Made by a program: the position numbers and the translations under genes. Positions 1 through 10,255 of a stretch of DNA of 64,000 nucleotides are shown in pieces. The notes beneath the pieces were generated by a model. It searched no databases and was not told where the DNA came from. It was given only the letters and a program-made list of their open reading frames with translations. Each line of letters opens with the position of its first letter. Position 1 is the first letter of the stretch. Source of the stretch: an uncultured bacterium (GTDB lineage Bacteria; Actinomycetota; Acidimicrobiia; Acidimicrobiales; VFJN01); the NCBI GenBank assembly GCA_963717085.1, contig CAVQVM010000013.1:71442-135441 (forward strand). The letters run 5' to 3'.

Positions 1-399
1 TCGACCGCCCCGCGCGTCGCCTACATCCTCGGCGAGGTCTTCCAGCTCCCCAGCGAGACCGGCGCCGCCATCTGCAACACCACGCCCGCCGCCTACCGCA
101 AGCGTCTGTCCCGTGGACGGACCAAGGTACGCGCCTTCGTCGCCGAACACTGCGGCATCGTCAACCCCGACGCCGCCTGCCGGTGCAGCCGGCGCGTCCA
201 CGCCGCCATCCGAGCCGGCAGGATCGACCCGGCAGCACCAACGTTCGTCGGCCATCCCACCCTCGCCTCTCCGCCACCCATAACCGCTGCAGTCGCCGAG
301 ATGGAAGACCTGCACGACGCCGCCGCCTTGTTCCGTTCGCACCCCGACTTCGCGGCGCCCGAACGCGTGACCCGCGCCGTCGTCCAGGTCAGCTCTTGA
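1..399 (+). CDS. ECF RNA polymerase sigma factor, C-terminal part (region 4 plus Cys-rich extension); 5' end outside window
   Basis: Frame 1 from base 1 reads RVAYILGEVFQLPSETGAAICNTTPAAYRKRLSRGR (sigma4 HTH-like), then HCGIVNPDAACRC; TGA at 397-399. Not in the ORF track because there is no start codon. Confidence 0.75.
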   Translation, partial: STAPRVAYILGEVFQLPSETGAAICNTTPAAYRKRLSRGRTKVRAFVAEHCGIVNPDAACRCSRRVHAAIRAGRIDPAAPTFVGHPTLASPPPITAAVAEMEDLHDAAALFRSHPDFAAPERVTRAVVQVSS

Positions 400-1046
400 T
401 CCGGTCTGTTTCGTAGGCCCACATGGCCAGCTCCACGCGGTTCCGTGCGGCGAGCTTGGTCATGAGGCTTGCGATGTGCGCCTTCACGGTGCTGACGCTG
501 ATGTATAGGTCCTCGGCGATCTCGGCGTTGGTTCGGCCGCGGGCCACCGTTACGAGCACCTGCTCTTCGCGCTCGGTGAGCGGTTCGATGGGCTGAGCCG
601 ATGGGCTTCCCGCGGGTGGACGGGAGAACGTGGCGAGGAGTCGGACGGTCACGCTCGGGGCGATGAGTGCGTCGCCGTTGGCGGCGGCGCGGGTCGCCTG
701 GACCAGCAGCTCCGGTCCGGCGTCCTTCAGCAGGAAACCCCGGGCGCCGGCCTTGAGGGCACCGTGCACGTACTCGTCGAGGTCGAACGTTGTGACGACC
801 ACGATCGCGAGTGGGTCGTCAACGTCGGGCCCGGCGAGCTGTCGGGTGGCCTCGATGCCGTCCAGGGTGGGCATGCGTATGTCGAACAGGCACACGTCGG
901 GGCGTAGCCGGCGAGCGAGCAGCCACCGCGTCGCGGCCGTTCGCAGCCTCGCCGACCACGTCGATGTCGGGCTGAGCGTCGAGGATCATCTTGAGCCCGG
1001 TGCGGACGAGGTCGTGATCGTCTGCGACGAGCACTCGGATGGTCAT
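389..1046 (-). CDS. NarL/LuxR-family response regulator, split by one frameshift near 900-925
   Basis: MTIRVLVADDHDLVRTGL (819..1046) joins CLFDIRMP...TTFD...GFLLKD...LTEREEQVL...VSTVKAHI (389..895); overlaps the kinase stop. Confidence 0.9.
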
Positions 1047-2206
1047 GCACCCCTACCGCTCTTTGGCAGCTCGGCATGCACCGCCCAGCCTCCGTCGCGG
1101 TTCGGACCGGCCTCGAGGGCGCCGCCGAGGAGCCTGGCTCGCTCGGCCATGCCCAGCAGCCCGAAGCCCGAGGACGAGCCGGCGTCGACTGGGCGGGCGT
1201 CACCGTCGTCCCAGACGGTGAGCCGTACGCAGTCGTCCTCGCCGGTGACGACGACATGGACTTGGGTGGCATGACGTGCGTGTCGCAGCGCGTTCGTGAC
1301 CGACTCCTGGGCCAGGCGGTAGAGCGCCGCGTCGACCGACGGAGACAGCTCGTGAAGGTCGCCCGTCAGCGTGACGTCGACATGGGGCACGTTCCCAGTG
1401 TTCCCGGCGAGCCGCTCGATGTCGGCGACACGGGGTTGGGGGGTGAGGTCGGCTTGCTCGCCCTGGCGAAGGGCGCCGACGATTGTTCGCATCTCGGTCA
1501 GCGCCCGCGACGCCTCCTTCTCGACGACGACGAGCGCGTCGAGGACGGCCTCGGGATGAGACTCCGCGACGGTGCGACCTGCCTGGGCCTGGATGGCGAT
1601 GGCCGACACATGGTGAGCGACGGTGTCGTGCAGCTCGCGCGCCAGCTGCTCGCGTTCGCGGAGCTTGGCTTGGTCCCGCCCGTGGAGCCGAGCGCTGCTC
1701 CGGTACCGGAACGCCGCGCCGAGGGCCGCGGCGAACAGCAGGATCAGGGCTCCGCCCACCACCTCGCCCACGGGGTCGCCCCGAACCGGGACGCCGACGA
1801 CGGCGCCGAGCACGACCGGGCACAGCACGATCGGCAGTCCGATCGTGGCCTCGCGACCCGAGCCCCATCGGAACAGCGCGTACGGAAACAGCAGGAGGAC
1901 CAGGGCCGTGGGATTCGGCCCGTCCCACGTCACGCCCGTCACGATTGCTGCGAGGTCGACGACGGCGAATAACGGGAACACAATTGCGACCATCGCGAGC
2001 GGGTGCGTGCGCCGCCAGAGCAGCATGGGCGCCACGACGACGATCAGGATGAGGTTGACGGGTCGCCACACCACGTCCTCTCGGGCGACCGTCTCGATCG
2101 CCGCCAGCACCACCAGCGCGGCGACGAGCACCCAGTCCCACCACAGCTGCTTCGGCGCGTTGGGCACTCGGGGTTCGGCCCACAGTGAGCGCACCGCGGC
2201 TGGCAT
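1043..2206 (-). CDS. Membrane sensor histidine kinase (HisKA_3 / NarX-like)
   Basis: TM helices, ERxxLARELHDTVAH H-box, QESVTNALRHA N-box, DDG and GFGLLGMAER G-box; ATG at 2206 chosen. Confidence 0.92.
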   Translation of the reverse strand: MPAAVRSLWAEPRVPNAPKQLWWDWVLVAALVVLAAIETVAREDVVWRPVNLILIVVVAPMLLWRRTHPLAMVAIVFPLFAVVDLAAIVTGVTWDGPNPTALVLLLFPYALFRWGSGREATIGLPIVLCPVVLGAVVGVPVRGDPVGEVVGGALILLFAAALGAAFRYRSSARLHGRDQAKLREREQLARELHDTVAHHVSAIAIQAQAGRTVAESHPEAVLDALVVVEKEASRALTEMRTIVGALRQGEQADLTPQPRVADIERLAGNTGNVPHVDVTLTGDLHELSPSVDAALYRLAQESVTNALRHARHATQVHVVVTGEDDCVRLTVWDDGDARPVDAGSSSGFGLLGMAERARLLGGALEAGPNRDGGWAVHAELPKSGRGA

Positions 2207-2340
2207 CACGGGGCAAGCGTAAATGAGCCGAGCGACCGGCGTAACGGCTGAAAGCACGAGGCTGACATCGTTCTTTCGGTCAGTCCACAATGGCTGGACA
2301 CCCGATGTGCCCGGGGGTCATGCATGGTGACGATCCCCGT

Positions 2341-4881
2341 ATGCGTGCAGCGACGACGCCGAGTCCCACCAACCGTGTGCTTGTCCGCAGAGAGGACACG
2401 ACACTCAGCCGCCTCGGGGGCTGGTGCTTTGATCATCGGATCGCCGCCGTCGGCGTGTGGCTGTTGGGCCTGGCCGCCGTCTTCGGCGCTGCCGGGGCCA
2501 TCGGTCCGGCCTACGACGCGGTCCTCGACATCCCCGACTCCGACAGCGCGGACGGCTTCGCGGTGCTCGACGAGCACTTCCCCGCGCTCGGGGCCGGAAC
2601 CCAGTCGGGAACGATCGTCTTCCGGGCCGACCAGGGCGTCGCCGACCCCGAGGTCACGGCAGCGATGGAAGAGCTGTTCGCGCTGGTGGACGCCGGGTTC
2701 CCCGACGAGGACGGCGTCCCGGAGCATCCCGGCGCCACGGTCATATCGCCCTACTCCGAGCAGGGTGAGGGTCAGATCGCCGGGCAGGGACCGTTGGCCG
2801 ACGAGCTCGCCTACGCCCAGGTCAACCTGGCGGCCGACATCGATCTGACCGAGTCGGCGCTCATCGGGGAAGCCATCGCCGAGCACGCGCCCGCGATCGA
2901 GGGACTCGAGGTGTTCCCCGGCGGCGCGGCGCTCGCACCCTACGAGCCGCCGGGGTCGGAGCTGATCGGCTTGGCGTTCGCCATCTTCGTGCTGATTGTC
3001 GCGTTCGGGTCGGTCCTCGCCATGGGCCTGCCGGTCGCGGTCGCGCTGGGCGGCGTCGGAGCCGGCGTCGGCGCGACGCTGCTGCTCAGCAACGTCTACC
3101 CGATCCCCGACTTCACGCTGAGCGTGGGGGTCATGATCGGTCTCGGGGTGGGCATCGACTACGCCCTGTTCATCGTCACCCGCTACCGCGAGGGCACGCG
3201 CGCCGGGATGTCACCGCGGGCCGCGACGCTGGCGGCGATGGACACCGCCGGCCGGGCGGTGATCTTCGCCGGGATCACGGTGGTGATCTCGCTGCTGGGC
3301 ATGTTGCTGATGGGCATCCCGCTGGTGGCCGGCGTGGGGCTGGGGGCGTCGGTGACCGTGCTGTTGACGATGATCAGCTCCCTGACCCTCGTGCCGGCCC
3401 TGCTCGCTTTGGCCCAGGAGCGGATCGAGGTCACCCGGTGGCGTGGTCTCGTCGCCGCCGGCTTGGTCGCTGTCGCCTTGCTCGGGGCCGGGATCGGCTT
3501 CCCGCCGCTCGCCGCGGGTGGCGCCATCCTCGCTGCGGCGACGCTGCTGGTGAGCTTCGCCGTGCGTCCTCTGCGCCGGCAGGTGCCACGGCGCAGCGCC
3601 AAGCCCGTGCGAGACACCGCCGCCTACCGATGGAGTCGCATCATCCAGCGCAACCCGTGGCTGTGGCTCGCCGTGGGAACGGTCGCCCTGCTGACCCTGG
3701 CGTCCCCCATCCTCGGCCTACGACTCGGCGTCGCCGACGAGAGCAACCACCCGGAGGGCACCTACACCCGCCAGGCGTACGACCTCCTGGCCGAAGGCTT
3801 CGGCGAAGGGTTCAACGGGCCGCTCCTGATCACCATGGTCCCTGGTGCCGGTACTGACGCGGGCAACTCGGCTCAGGCGGTGCAAGCGCTGCGGCAGTCG
3901 CTCGACGGGACCCCAGGGGTAGCTGCCGTCACCGAGCCGCTCGCAGATGACCCGACGGCCCCAGAAGCATTCCTCATGACGGCGATCCCGACGACGGCCC
4001 CTCAGGCCGAAGCCACGAGCGATCTCGTCACCCGGCTCCGTGACGCCGTCATTCCGGCGGCGGTCAGCGGCACAGAGGTGGAGGTCAGGGTCACCGGCAC
4101 GGCCGCAGCCAACATCGACCTCACCAACTTCCTCGGTCGTCGGGTCCTGCTCTTCTTCGGGGTGGTGCTGAGCCTGTCGTTCGTGCTGCTGCTGATGGTG
4201 TTCCGTTCGCTGCTGGTCCCCCTCAAGGCGGTGATCATGAACGTGCTCGCGATGACTGCCACCTACGGCGTGGTCGTCGCCGTGTTCCAGTGGGGCTGGG
4301 GCGGGGACCTGCTCGACATCGCGGGTGCTCCCATCGAGCCGTTCATACCGCTGATCCTGTTCGCCATCGTCTTCGGCCTGTCGATGGACTACGAGGTGTT
4401 CCTGCTGTCCCGGGTACGTGAGGAGTACACCCGGACCAACGACGCCGTGGAGTCGGTGGCCGATGGCCTGGCTGCTACGGCCAGGGTGATCACTGCGGCC
4501 GCCGCCATCATGGTGGTCGTGTTCGGCTCGTTCGTCTTCGAGGACGACCGCGTCCTCAGAATGTTCGGTCTCGGCCTGGCCGTGGCCGTGCTGCTCGACG
4601 CCACCTTGATCCGCATGCTGCTGGTGCCGGCCACGATGGAGCTGCTCGGGGCCCGCAACTGGTGGATGCCCCGGTGGCTCGACCGGCTGCTCCCCCGCCT
4701 AGGTGCCGAAGGCCCGGGCACCGGTGCCGGCTCCGATGGGCACCACGAGGCGCCGCGCGACGAGGCCGAGACCGCCGAACCCGTGCCCGCCGGAGAACCG
4801 CGAGCTGTGCCGAGCGAAAAGCTCGTCACAGCAGTGCCGGCCCCTGTCGGGGCAGAGCTCGACCCCCAGTCAAAGACGTAG
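2341..4881 (+). CDS. MMPL/RND family transporter
   Basis: GVGIDYALFIVTRYRE and FGLSMDYEVFLLSRVRE motifs, two TM repeats; divergent from the two-component pair; start uncertain (2290-2400). Confidence 0.93.
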   Translation: MRAATTPSPTNRVLVRREDTTLSRLGGWCFDHRIAAVGVWLLGLAAVFGAAGAIGPAYDAVLDIPDSDSADGFAVLDEHFPALGAGTQSGTIVFRADQGVADPEVTAAMEELFALVDAGFPDEDGVPEHPGATVISPYSEQGEGQIAGQGPLADELAYAQVNLAADIDLTESALIGEAIAEHAPAIEGLEVFPGGAALAPYEPPGSELIGLAFAIFVLIVAFGSVLAMGLPVAVALGGVGAGVGATLLLSNVYPIPDFTLSVGVMIGLGVGIDYALFIVTRYREGTRAGMSPRAATLAAMDTAGRAVIFAGITVVISLLGMLLMGIPLVAGVGLGASVTVLLTMISSLTLVPALLALAQERIEVTRWRGLVAAGLVAVALLGAGIGFPPLAAGGAILAAATLLVSFAVRPLRRQVPRRSAKPVRDTAAYRWSRIIQRNPWLWLAVGTVALLTLASPILGLRLGVADESNHPEGTYTRQAYDLLAEGFGEGFNGPLLITMVPGAGTDAGNSAQAVQALRQSLDGTPGVAAVTEPLADDPTAPEAFLMTAIPTTAPQAEATSDLVTRLRDAVIPAAVSGTEVEVRVTGTAAANIDLTNFLGRRVLLFFGVVLSLSFVLLLMVFRSLLVPLKAVIMNVLAMTATYGVVVAVFQWGWGGDLLDIAGAPIEPFIPLILFAIVFGLSMDYEVFLLSRVREEYTRTNDAVESVADGLAATARVITAAAAIMVVVFGSFVFEDDRVLRMFGLGLAVAVLLDATLIRMLLVPATMELLGARNWWMPRWLDRLLPRLGAEGPGTGAGSDGHHEAPRDEAETAEPVPAGEPRAVPSEKLVTAVPAPVGAELDPQSKT

Positions 4882-5105
4882 TCGCGCTTCGTCGCCGCTC
4901 ACCGCCGCTCATCGACATCCATACCGGCGGCCGGCGCCGTCGGCACCTCGACACTACGGCCGCAGCCGACCGATCCCCCGGCTCACCCTGCGTGTCCCAT
5001 CACCGAGGCGGACCGGAGTTGTCGTTCGTTGCACCAGGCCCAGTCGCTGGCGAGCACGCGCCCTGGCCCGTGACCGCCACATCCTCATGACTCACCGAGC
5101 CGCGG

Positions 5106-5723
5106 TCAGGGACGCGAGGCGGGCCGCGCGATACGGCCTATGTCCACGCCAGCCGTGGCGACGACCGTGCGCACGAGCTCGAGTCGAGCCGCGGCGTCGA
5201 GCGTCGGCGCGTCGACGAGTACGGCCGTCAACCGCTCGATCTCGGCGATCGTGGCGTCATCCGTGAGCCGTCCCCCCGCATCGGACTTCGTGCGTGGAGC
5301 GGCGATGCCGATCTCGGCGACGACGTGCGCGCCCTGCCACGTCAGCGTCTGTATGAGCATCTGGCGGGCGAACGGTCCACCCGTGGTACCCGCGGACATG
5401 ACGGCCACGGGCTTGGCGTACAGCTCACCCGAGCCGACGATCCAGTCGAGGGCGTTCTTGATCGTCCCGGCGAGCGCACCCGCGTACTCCGGAGCGGCGA
5501 TCATGACCGCTTCCGATCTGCCGATCCGCTTGCGCCACGCGGTGACCACCGGACCGGGGTCATCGAGGGCAGCGTTGAGGGGCGGGATCCTCGCCAAGTC
5601 GGCGTAGTCGTCAATCTCGACGTCACGCCGGGAGCGCATGTACGAATGCGCCACATCGATCGCCGCCCGGTTCGCCGAGAACGGCTGGATGCTTCCGCAA
5701 ACGGTAAGCACCCGGACGCTCAT
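5106..5723 (-). CDS. NADPH-dependent FMN reductase
   Basis: GSIQPFSANR, PEYAGALAGTIKNALDW motif. Confidence 0.88.
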   Translation of the reverse strand: MSVRVLTVCGSIQPFSANRAAIDVAHSYMRSRRDVEIDDYADLARIPPLNAALDDPGPVVTAWRKRIGRSEAVMIAAPEYAGALAGTIKNALDWIVGSGELYAKPVAVMSAGTTGGPFARQMLIQTLTWQGAHVVAEIGIAAPRTKSDAGGRLTDDATIAEIERLTAVLVDAPTLDAAARLELVRTVVATAGVDIGRIARPASRP

Positions 5724-5738
5724 CGACCGACGGCGCAG

Positions 5739-5954
5739 TCAGGCCGCGACGAGGGCCTCGTCTGCGTCGGGCCGATACACCGTCACGTCCTCCAGCAACG
5801 ACAACCGGCCCAAGCCCGGGCGATCACCATCGAAGAGGTCAAGCAATACGACGCCGTCGTCGGTCACGAGCATCGCCTCGGCCGTTCGGCGCTCGCCACG
5901 CAACGTGAACTCGAAGACATCGCCTTGCTTCACGGTCTGATTGCCGTCACTCAC
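5739..5954 (-). CDS. Small hypothetical protein (71 aa)
   Basis: GGAGGG RBS before GTG 5954; MSDGNQTVKQGDVFEFTLRGERRTAEAMLVTDDGVVLLDLFDG has protein-like composition. Confidence 0.6.
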   Translation of the reverse strand: MSDGNQTVKQGDVFEFTLRGERRTAEAMLVTDDGVVLLDLFDGDRPGLGRLSLLEDVTVYRPDADEALVAA

Positions 5955-6240
5955 AGTCTTGCCCTCCGCATCACATTCGCTACCGACTTCAAGGCGGGTT
6001 GACCGCGGAACATTCCGACATCTACCGCAGCGTCGTGGTGACTTTGGGCACGCCGGTTCGCTGGCGATCTCCCCGGGGTGACCGCCTACCGGGGCTGGGA
6101 GACGACGGCGGATCAATGGGTTCAGGGTTGCGTAGGCACGCCGGCGGCGCGGCCGCTCTGGCCAGCGCGATCGCTCCGGAGCGTTGTGCGGTGCTCCATC
6201 GCTCGGTCCCGGCCGGCTCCAGATGCGCCGTTCGGTGCTT

Positions 6241-6315
6241 TCGAACTGCGCTCACCACCATGGCGTTCTGTGTTCGCGTTCGGTCCGTGCTCGGCACGAC
6301 CGACTGGGCAGGTCA
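6241..6315 (-). repeat. Degenerate copy of the intergenic palindromic repeat, starting at the LLM gene stop codon
   Basis: Minus strand TGAcctgccc...aacacagaacgcc...gagcgcagttcga. Confidence 0.55.
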
Positions 6316-7252
6316 GGTGCCAGCGAGGCGGTTGACGACCGGCGTCACGGTCTCGATCGAGTCGTCGAACACGGTGAAGTACGAGAAGCCCCAGCGCTCC
6401 CTCGCCGCGAGGACACCTTCGCAAATCGACTCCAACGTGCCAATCCACAAGTACGGGCTGGCCAGGATGTCCTCGACACTCAGCTCAGGCAGGGACTCTC
6501 GGGCACGCTCGGCGGCGCCACGCGGATCGTCGGTCACGATCACGCGTTGGACCAGCGCCTGGAGTTCGACATCGCGCCCGCCAGACGCGGCGCGCACCAG
6601 AGTGACGTGTACATCGACCGCCTCGGGAGCGAGGCCGGCCGTCCCGGTGCGTAGCGCCATCCGATCCTGTCGGTCCGATCCCCGACAGCGAGACAACGTC
6701 GGAACGTTCGGCGGCGACGCGGAGGATTCGGCGTCCGCTGCCCCCGACAAGGATCGGTGGCCGGGGTTGCTGGGTCGGCGCAGGCCACGCTCGGTGGCCA
6801 TTGAGCCGGTAGTGCTCGCCGCTGAAGGTGACGTCGTTACCTCGGAGCAACCCGTCGAGCACCTCGATGGCCTCAGCGAGCCGCGCAACTCGTGTGGCGC
6901 CATCGTCGAAGCCGATGCCGACCGACTCGTACTCGGGCGAGCTCATCGTCGAGCCGGCACCAAGACCGAGCTCCACGCGTCCTCCAGAGAGCGCGTCGAG
7001 CGCCAGAACCTCACGTGCGACCAGCGCAGGGTGGCGCAAGTCGTTGTTGAGCACCAGCGTCCCGATCCGCAAGGCCGAGGTCGCGTCGGCGGCGACGCCG
7101 AGGGCCGCGAACGGTGCGAGGCATCCATCGATGAGGTGGTCGGGAACGGTGAGTACCGAAAACCCCGAGTTCTCGACCAGTCGGGCCAGCGCCACCCACT
7201 CGTCATGGCCCGACCGCGCCAGGACGTGCACGCCGAATCGCAATTTCTTCAC
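6313..7252 (-). CDS. LLM-class (probably F420-dependent) oxidoreductase, frameshift near 6650-6680
   Basis: VPDHL, LRIGTLVLNNDLRHP, LSGGRVELGLGAG, PPILVGGSG; C-terminus SPYLWIGT...RERWGFSYFTV in a second frame. Confidence 0.85.
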
Positions 7253-7492
7253 GGACGCACAGGCTGACACGAACTGGCCCGACGATCAGGACGTCGAGAA
7301 TACCGACGCGCCGTTCGGTACCCGGCGGCCGCCGCCGAGACGGTGTTCGGTAGCGGCGTTCTGTGCGGGGTCCGTGGCCGCGGATCGGCAGATGTGGGCG
7401 GTGTCAGCTCTTCACGGCGAAGAGGCGCGAGTAACTATGCCTGGTCAGCACCGGAGCCGCCGCAGACCGGGTCGGCACTTCGGGGCGGACGC

Positions 7493-8344
7493 TCAGTCGA
7501 GGCGTTTGGCAACAAGCAGGATGCGCCGGGTGTACGGACGCGTTTGGACGGTGAACATCGCTTCGGCGAGCACGCCAGCGGCGGCACGCTCACCGAGGTC
7601 GGCCACGAGAGCGTCTGCGGCGTCGACGAGTGCCTGGAAGGTGCCGTACACCCGTGAAGCCCACCCAGGGGTCTCCTCGTAGGCGTCGACCGCGAAGCCG
7701 GCTGCCTCGACGACGGGCGCGTAGTCGGAGTGCGGATCGACGCCCTGCACAGGGAGCCCGGCGACTATGGACGGGTCCACCTCGAAGCAGACGATCCCGA
7801 TCCGTGCTCCGGGCCGGAGGATGCGGTGAAGCTCGGCGAGGGCGGCCCGCTTGTCGGGCGCGTACTGGAACGCCTCGATGCTGACCGCGCCATCCGCGGA
7901 CGCGTCGGGAAGGCCGGTCTGCTCGAAGGTCCCCTGCTGGAACGTCGCTCGCGACGCGAGCCCTACGTGCTCAGCGCGCTGGCGGGCCGCCGCGAGACCA
8001 GCGGCCGACGGGTCGACGCCGATGAGCGTCGCCCCGGTCTGCTGAGCAGCCCACAGGCCAGGGCCGCCTGCACCGCACGCAACATCGACGAGCACGTCGT
8101 TGCCGCCGAGGCGGAGTAGCTGGAGCAGATGGCGGCCTTCGTCGACGGTGAGAAACCCGATGTGTGCGAAATCGTCTGGGAAGTCAGCTCCATAGGCGTT
8201 GGTGGCCCAGATCTCGGTGAAGACTCTGCTGTTGGGCAGGGCGTCGTACACGGCGTCGTAGCCGTCGAGCACCGCCCGGAAGACGCCGCTGTCTGTGACG
8301 TCGTCGAGGGGACCGGCAGTGGCTTCGTCGGCGATCTCGTTCAT
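7493..8344 (-). CDS. Class I SAM-dependent methyltransferase
   Basis: LVDVACGAGG motif I, GVDPS, ELHRILRPGA. Confidence 0.88.
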   Translation of the reverse strand: MNEIADEATAGPLDDVTDSGVFRAVLDGYDAVYDALPNSRVFTEIWATNAYGADFPDDFAHIGFLTVDEGRHLLQLLRLGGNDVLVDVACGAGGPGLWAAQQTGATLIGVDPSAAGLAAARQRAEHVGLASRATFQQGTFEQTGLPDASADGAVSIEAFQYAPDKRAALAELHRILRPGARIGIVCFEVDPSIVAGLPVQGVDPHSDYAPVVEAAGFAVDAYEETPGWASRVYGTFQALVDAADALVADLGERAAAGVLAEAMFTVQTRPYTRRILLVAKRLD

Positions 8345-8445
8345 CTCGCACCCTTCCCGTATGTCGCCGCGATACTGGTCGATCAGGGACCACGGCCGCA
8401 GGCCGCACTGGCCCGACGCCAGCTCGAGATCGAGGTCCGGAGTCG

Positions 8446-9252
8446 ATGGTCGCCAACGAGCGCTGGGCACAGATGCTGTCGGAGTGGTCGATCCCCCAGG
8501 AGCTGATCGCCGCGGCGCCCGAGCCGCCGTACTTCTTCGACCCGGTCGTGTTCACCGGTGCCGCCGACGAGGCGGTCCGGCGCCCAGACGACACCCCTTC
8601 AGACCGCGCCGCCCGGGAGGCGGTGTCCGTCGGCGGCCGGGTGCTCGATGTCGGTGTGGGCGCCGGCGCCGCCAGCCTCCGGCTCGGCGCCGGATACGTC
8701 ATCGGCGTGGACCCGAGCCGAACGCTGCTCGACGCGTTCGCCGAGCGCGCTGAGCGTCTCGGGGTGGACCCCACCCAGATCGAAGGCGCCTGGCCCGACG
8801 TGGCGACGCAGACCCCCGTGGCCGATGTCGCCGTCTGCCATCACGTCGTCTACAACGTCGCTGACCTCGCTGCGTTCGCCGAGGCCCTGACCGACCACGC
8901 CAGCGCCCGTATCGTGATCGAGCTGACCGCGGTGCACCCGATGACGTGGCTGACGCCCTACTGGAGGTCGCTCCACGGCATCGACCAGCCCGAGCGACCG
9001 ACGGCCGACGATGCCGTGGCGGTGCTCCGGGAGATGGGCCTCACGGTCCACCTCGAGCGGTGGCGGCGCCGGATCCAGATGATCGGCGAGACCAGCAACG
9101 AGCAGCTCAACCGGATCGCTCGGCGCCTGTGCCTCGGGCCGAGTCGGCACGCCGAGCTCCGACGCCTGCTCGAGAAAATCCCGCCGCCGGTCGATCGCGA
9201 CGTCGTGACGCTCTGGTGGCCCGGCGGAGCTGTCGCAAGTTCCACCAACTGA
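8446..9252 (+). CDS. Class I SAM-dependent methyltransferase
   Basis: VLDVGVGAGAAS, GVDPS, DVAVCHHVVYNV. Confidence 0.88.
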   Translation: MVANERWAQMLSEWSIPQELIAAAPEPPYFFDPVVFTGAADEAVRRPDDTPSDRAAREAVSVGGRVLDVGVGAGAASLRLGAGYVIGVDPSRTLLDAFAERAERLGVDPTQIEGAWPDVATQTPVADVAVCHHVVYNVADLAAFAEALTDHASARIVIELTAVHPMTWLTPYWRSLHGIDQPERPTADDAVAVLREMGLTVHLERWRRRIQMIGETSNEQLNRIARRLCLGPSRHAELRRLLEKIPPPVDRDVVTLWWPGGAVASSTN

Positions 9253-9314
9253 CGACGCTGCGCACGGCGTCGTTCGACCTGCGACGAGGGCGACCGGCAC
9301 GCGATGTCACGACG

Positions 9315-9394
9315 CACCGATTGCCCGCACCGAGCGCACCCCCGCCTGCCAATCGGACAGCAGAGAACGGCGCCGCCCGAGATCGACAGGTCTG
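9315..9394 (+). repeat. Intergenic palindromic repeat copy
   Basis: caccgattgcccgcaccgag...ccgcctgcc...cagcagagaacggcg...cgagatcgacaggtctg. Confidence 0.8.
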
Positions 9395-9420
9395 TCGCGC
9401 TGCCGTCGGTCTTGCTTGGA

Positions 9421-9843
9421 TCACTCAATCGGTTGGCCGGAGCTCCGGTCCCCGGGCGACGGCGCCGGATGCCAGCCCGCCCCGTAACCCTCCTCGTGGA
9501 AACGGCGGGCTTGGAGGGCGTCACCGATTGACCCGAAGGTGGCGAGGCAACGGGTGATGTGCCATTTGCGTAGTAGGGCACGGGCGGTGGCCCGGGGACA
9601 CACCAGACAGCACTGGTCGGGATGGTCGCTGGCACCCACGACCCAAGCGGCGAGGCCCATCACGGGTGCGGGCGATACCAACGTGATCTGGCTCAGGTCC
9701 ACGATGACTGGCGCGCCTGCAACCAGCGCCTCGAGCTGATCGACCAGCCCGGAAGGCAAGGGATCATGCAGCGTGCCCAACGGTGTCGCGATCATCACGC
9801 CGTGGCGCTGTTCGAGCGCGGCTCGGAGCGGACCGACCGACAA
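9421..9843 (-). CDS. STAS-like (anti-sigma factor antagonist-like) hypothetical protein
   Basis: GGAAGGAG RBS before TTG 9843; PVIVDLSQITLV, LVCPRATARALLRKWHI...FGSIGDAL resemble STAS elements. Confidence 0.55.
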   Translation of the reverse strand: MSVGPLRAALEQRHGVMIATPLGTLHDPLPSGLVDQLEALVAGAPVIVDLSQITLVSPAPVMGLAAWVVGASDHPDQCCLVCPRATARALLRKWHITRCLATFGSIGDALQARRFHEEGYGAGWHPAPSPGDRSSGQPIE

Positions 9844-10168
9844 CCGCAGCTCCTTCCTCTGCTGCGTCTGGCCGGTTGCCGCGCCGGACCGATTCCGGTC
9901 TTGAGGATGACGGTCGGATCCCCCTGGCCGCTCTTGATGGTGACGGTCGCGTCCCAATGCCCGGGCGCCCGGCGCCACGAGCCCCCGACGCCACAATTTC
10001 TCGGGGCCGGTCCCCGAGGCCGCCATGAGCGGCGGCTCCCGAGTGCCTCGTGCCCCGAGGCCCCCGTCGCGAGCCTCGCGCGCAAACTTGTCGGGGTAGC
10101 CGGACAACCGTCGCATGAGAGGACACCTCCCCCGCGGTGTCCCGCCTCGATCCGCCCGTACCCAATAA

Positions 10169-10247
10169 CGGTGGCCCCGAAACGATCCGTCGCGTGTCGC
10201 TTGCCGGCGGGCGGTACAGAACGCCGTAGCCCTGAGCGGCAGATCTG
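10169..10247 (+). repeat. Intergenic palindromic repeat copy (diverged)
   Basis: cgcttgccgg...gtacagaacgcc...gagcggcagatctg, ending 8 bp before the hydrolase stop codon. Confidence 0.65.
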
Positions 10248-10255
10248 CTGCCGCG

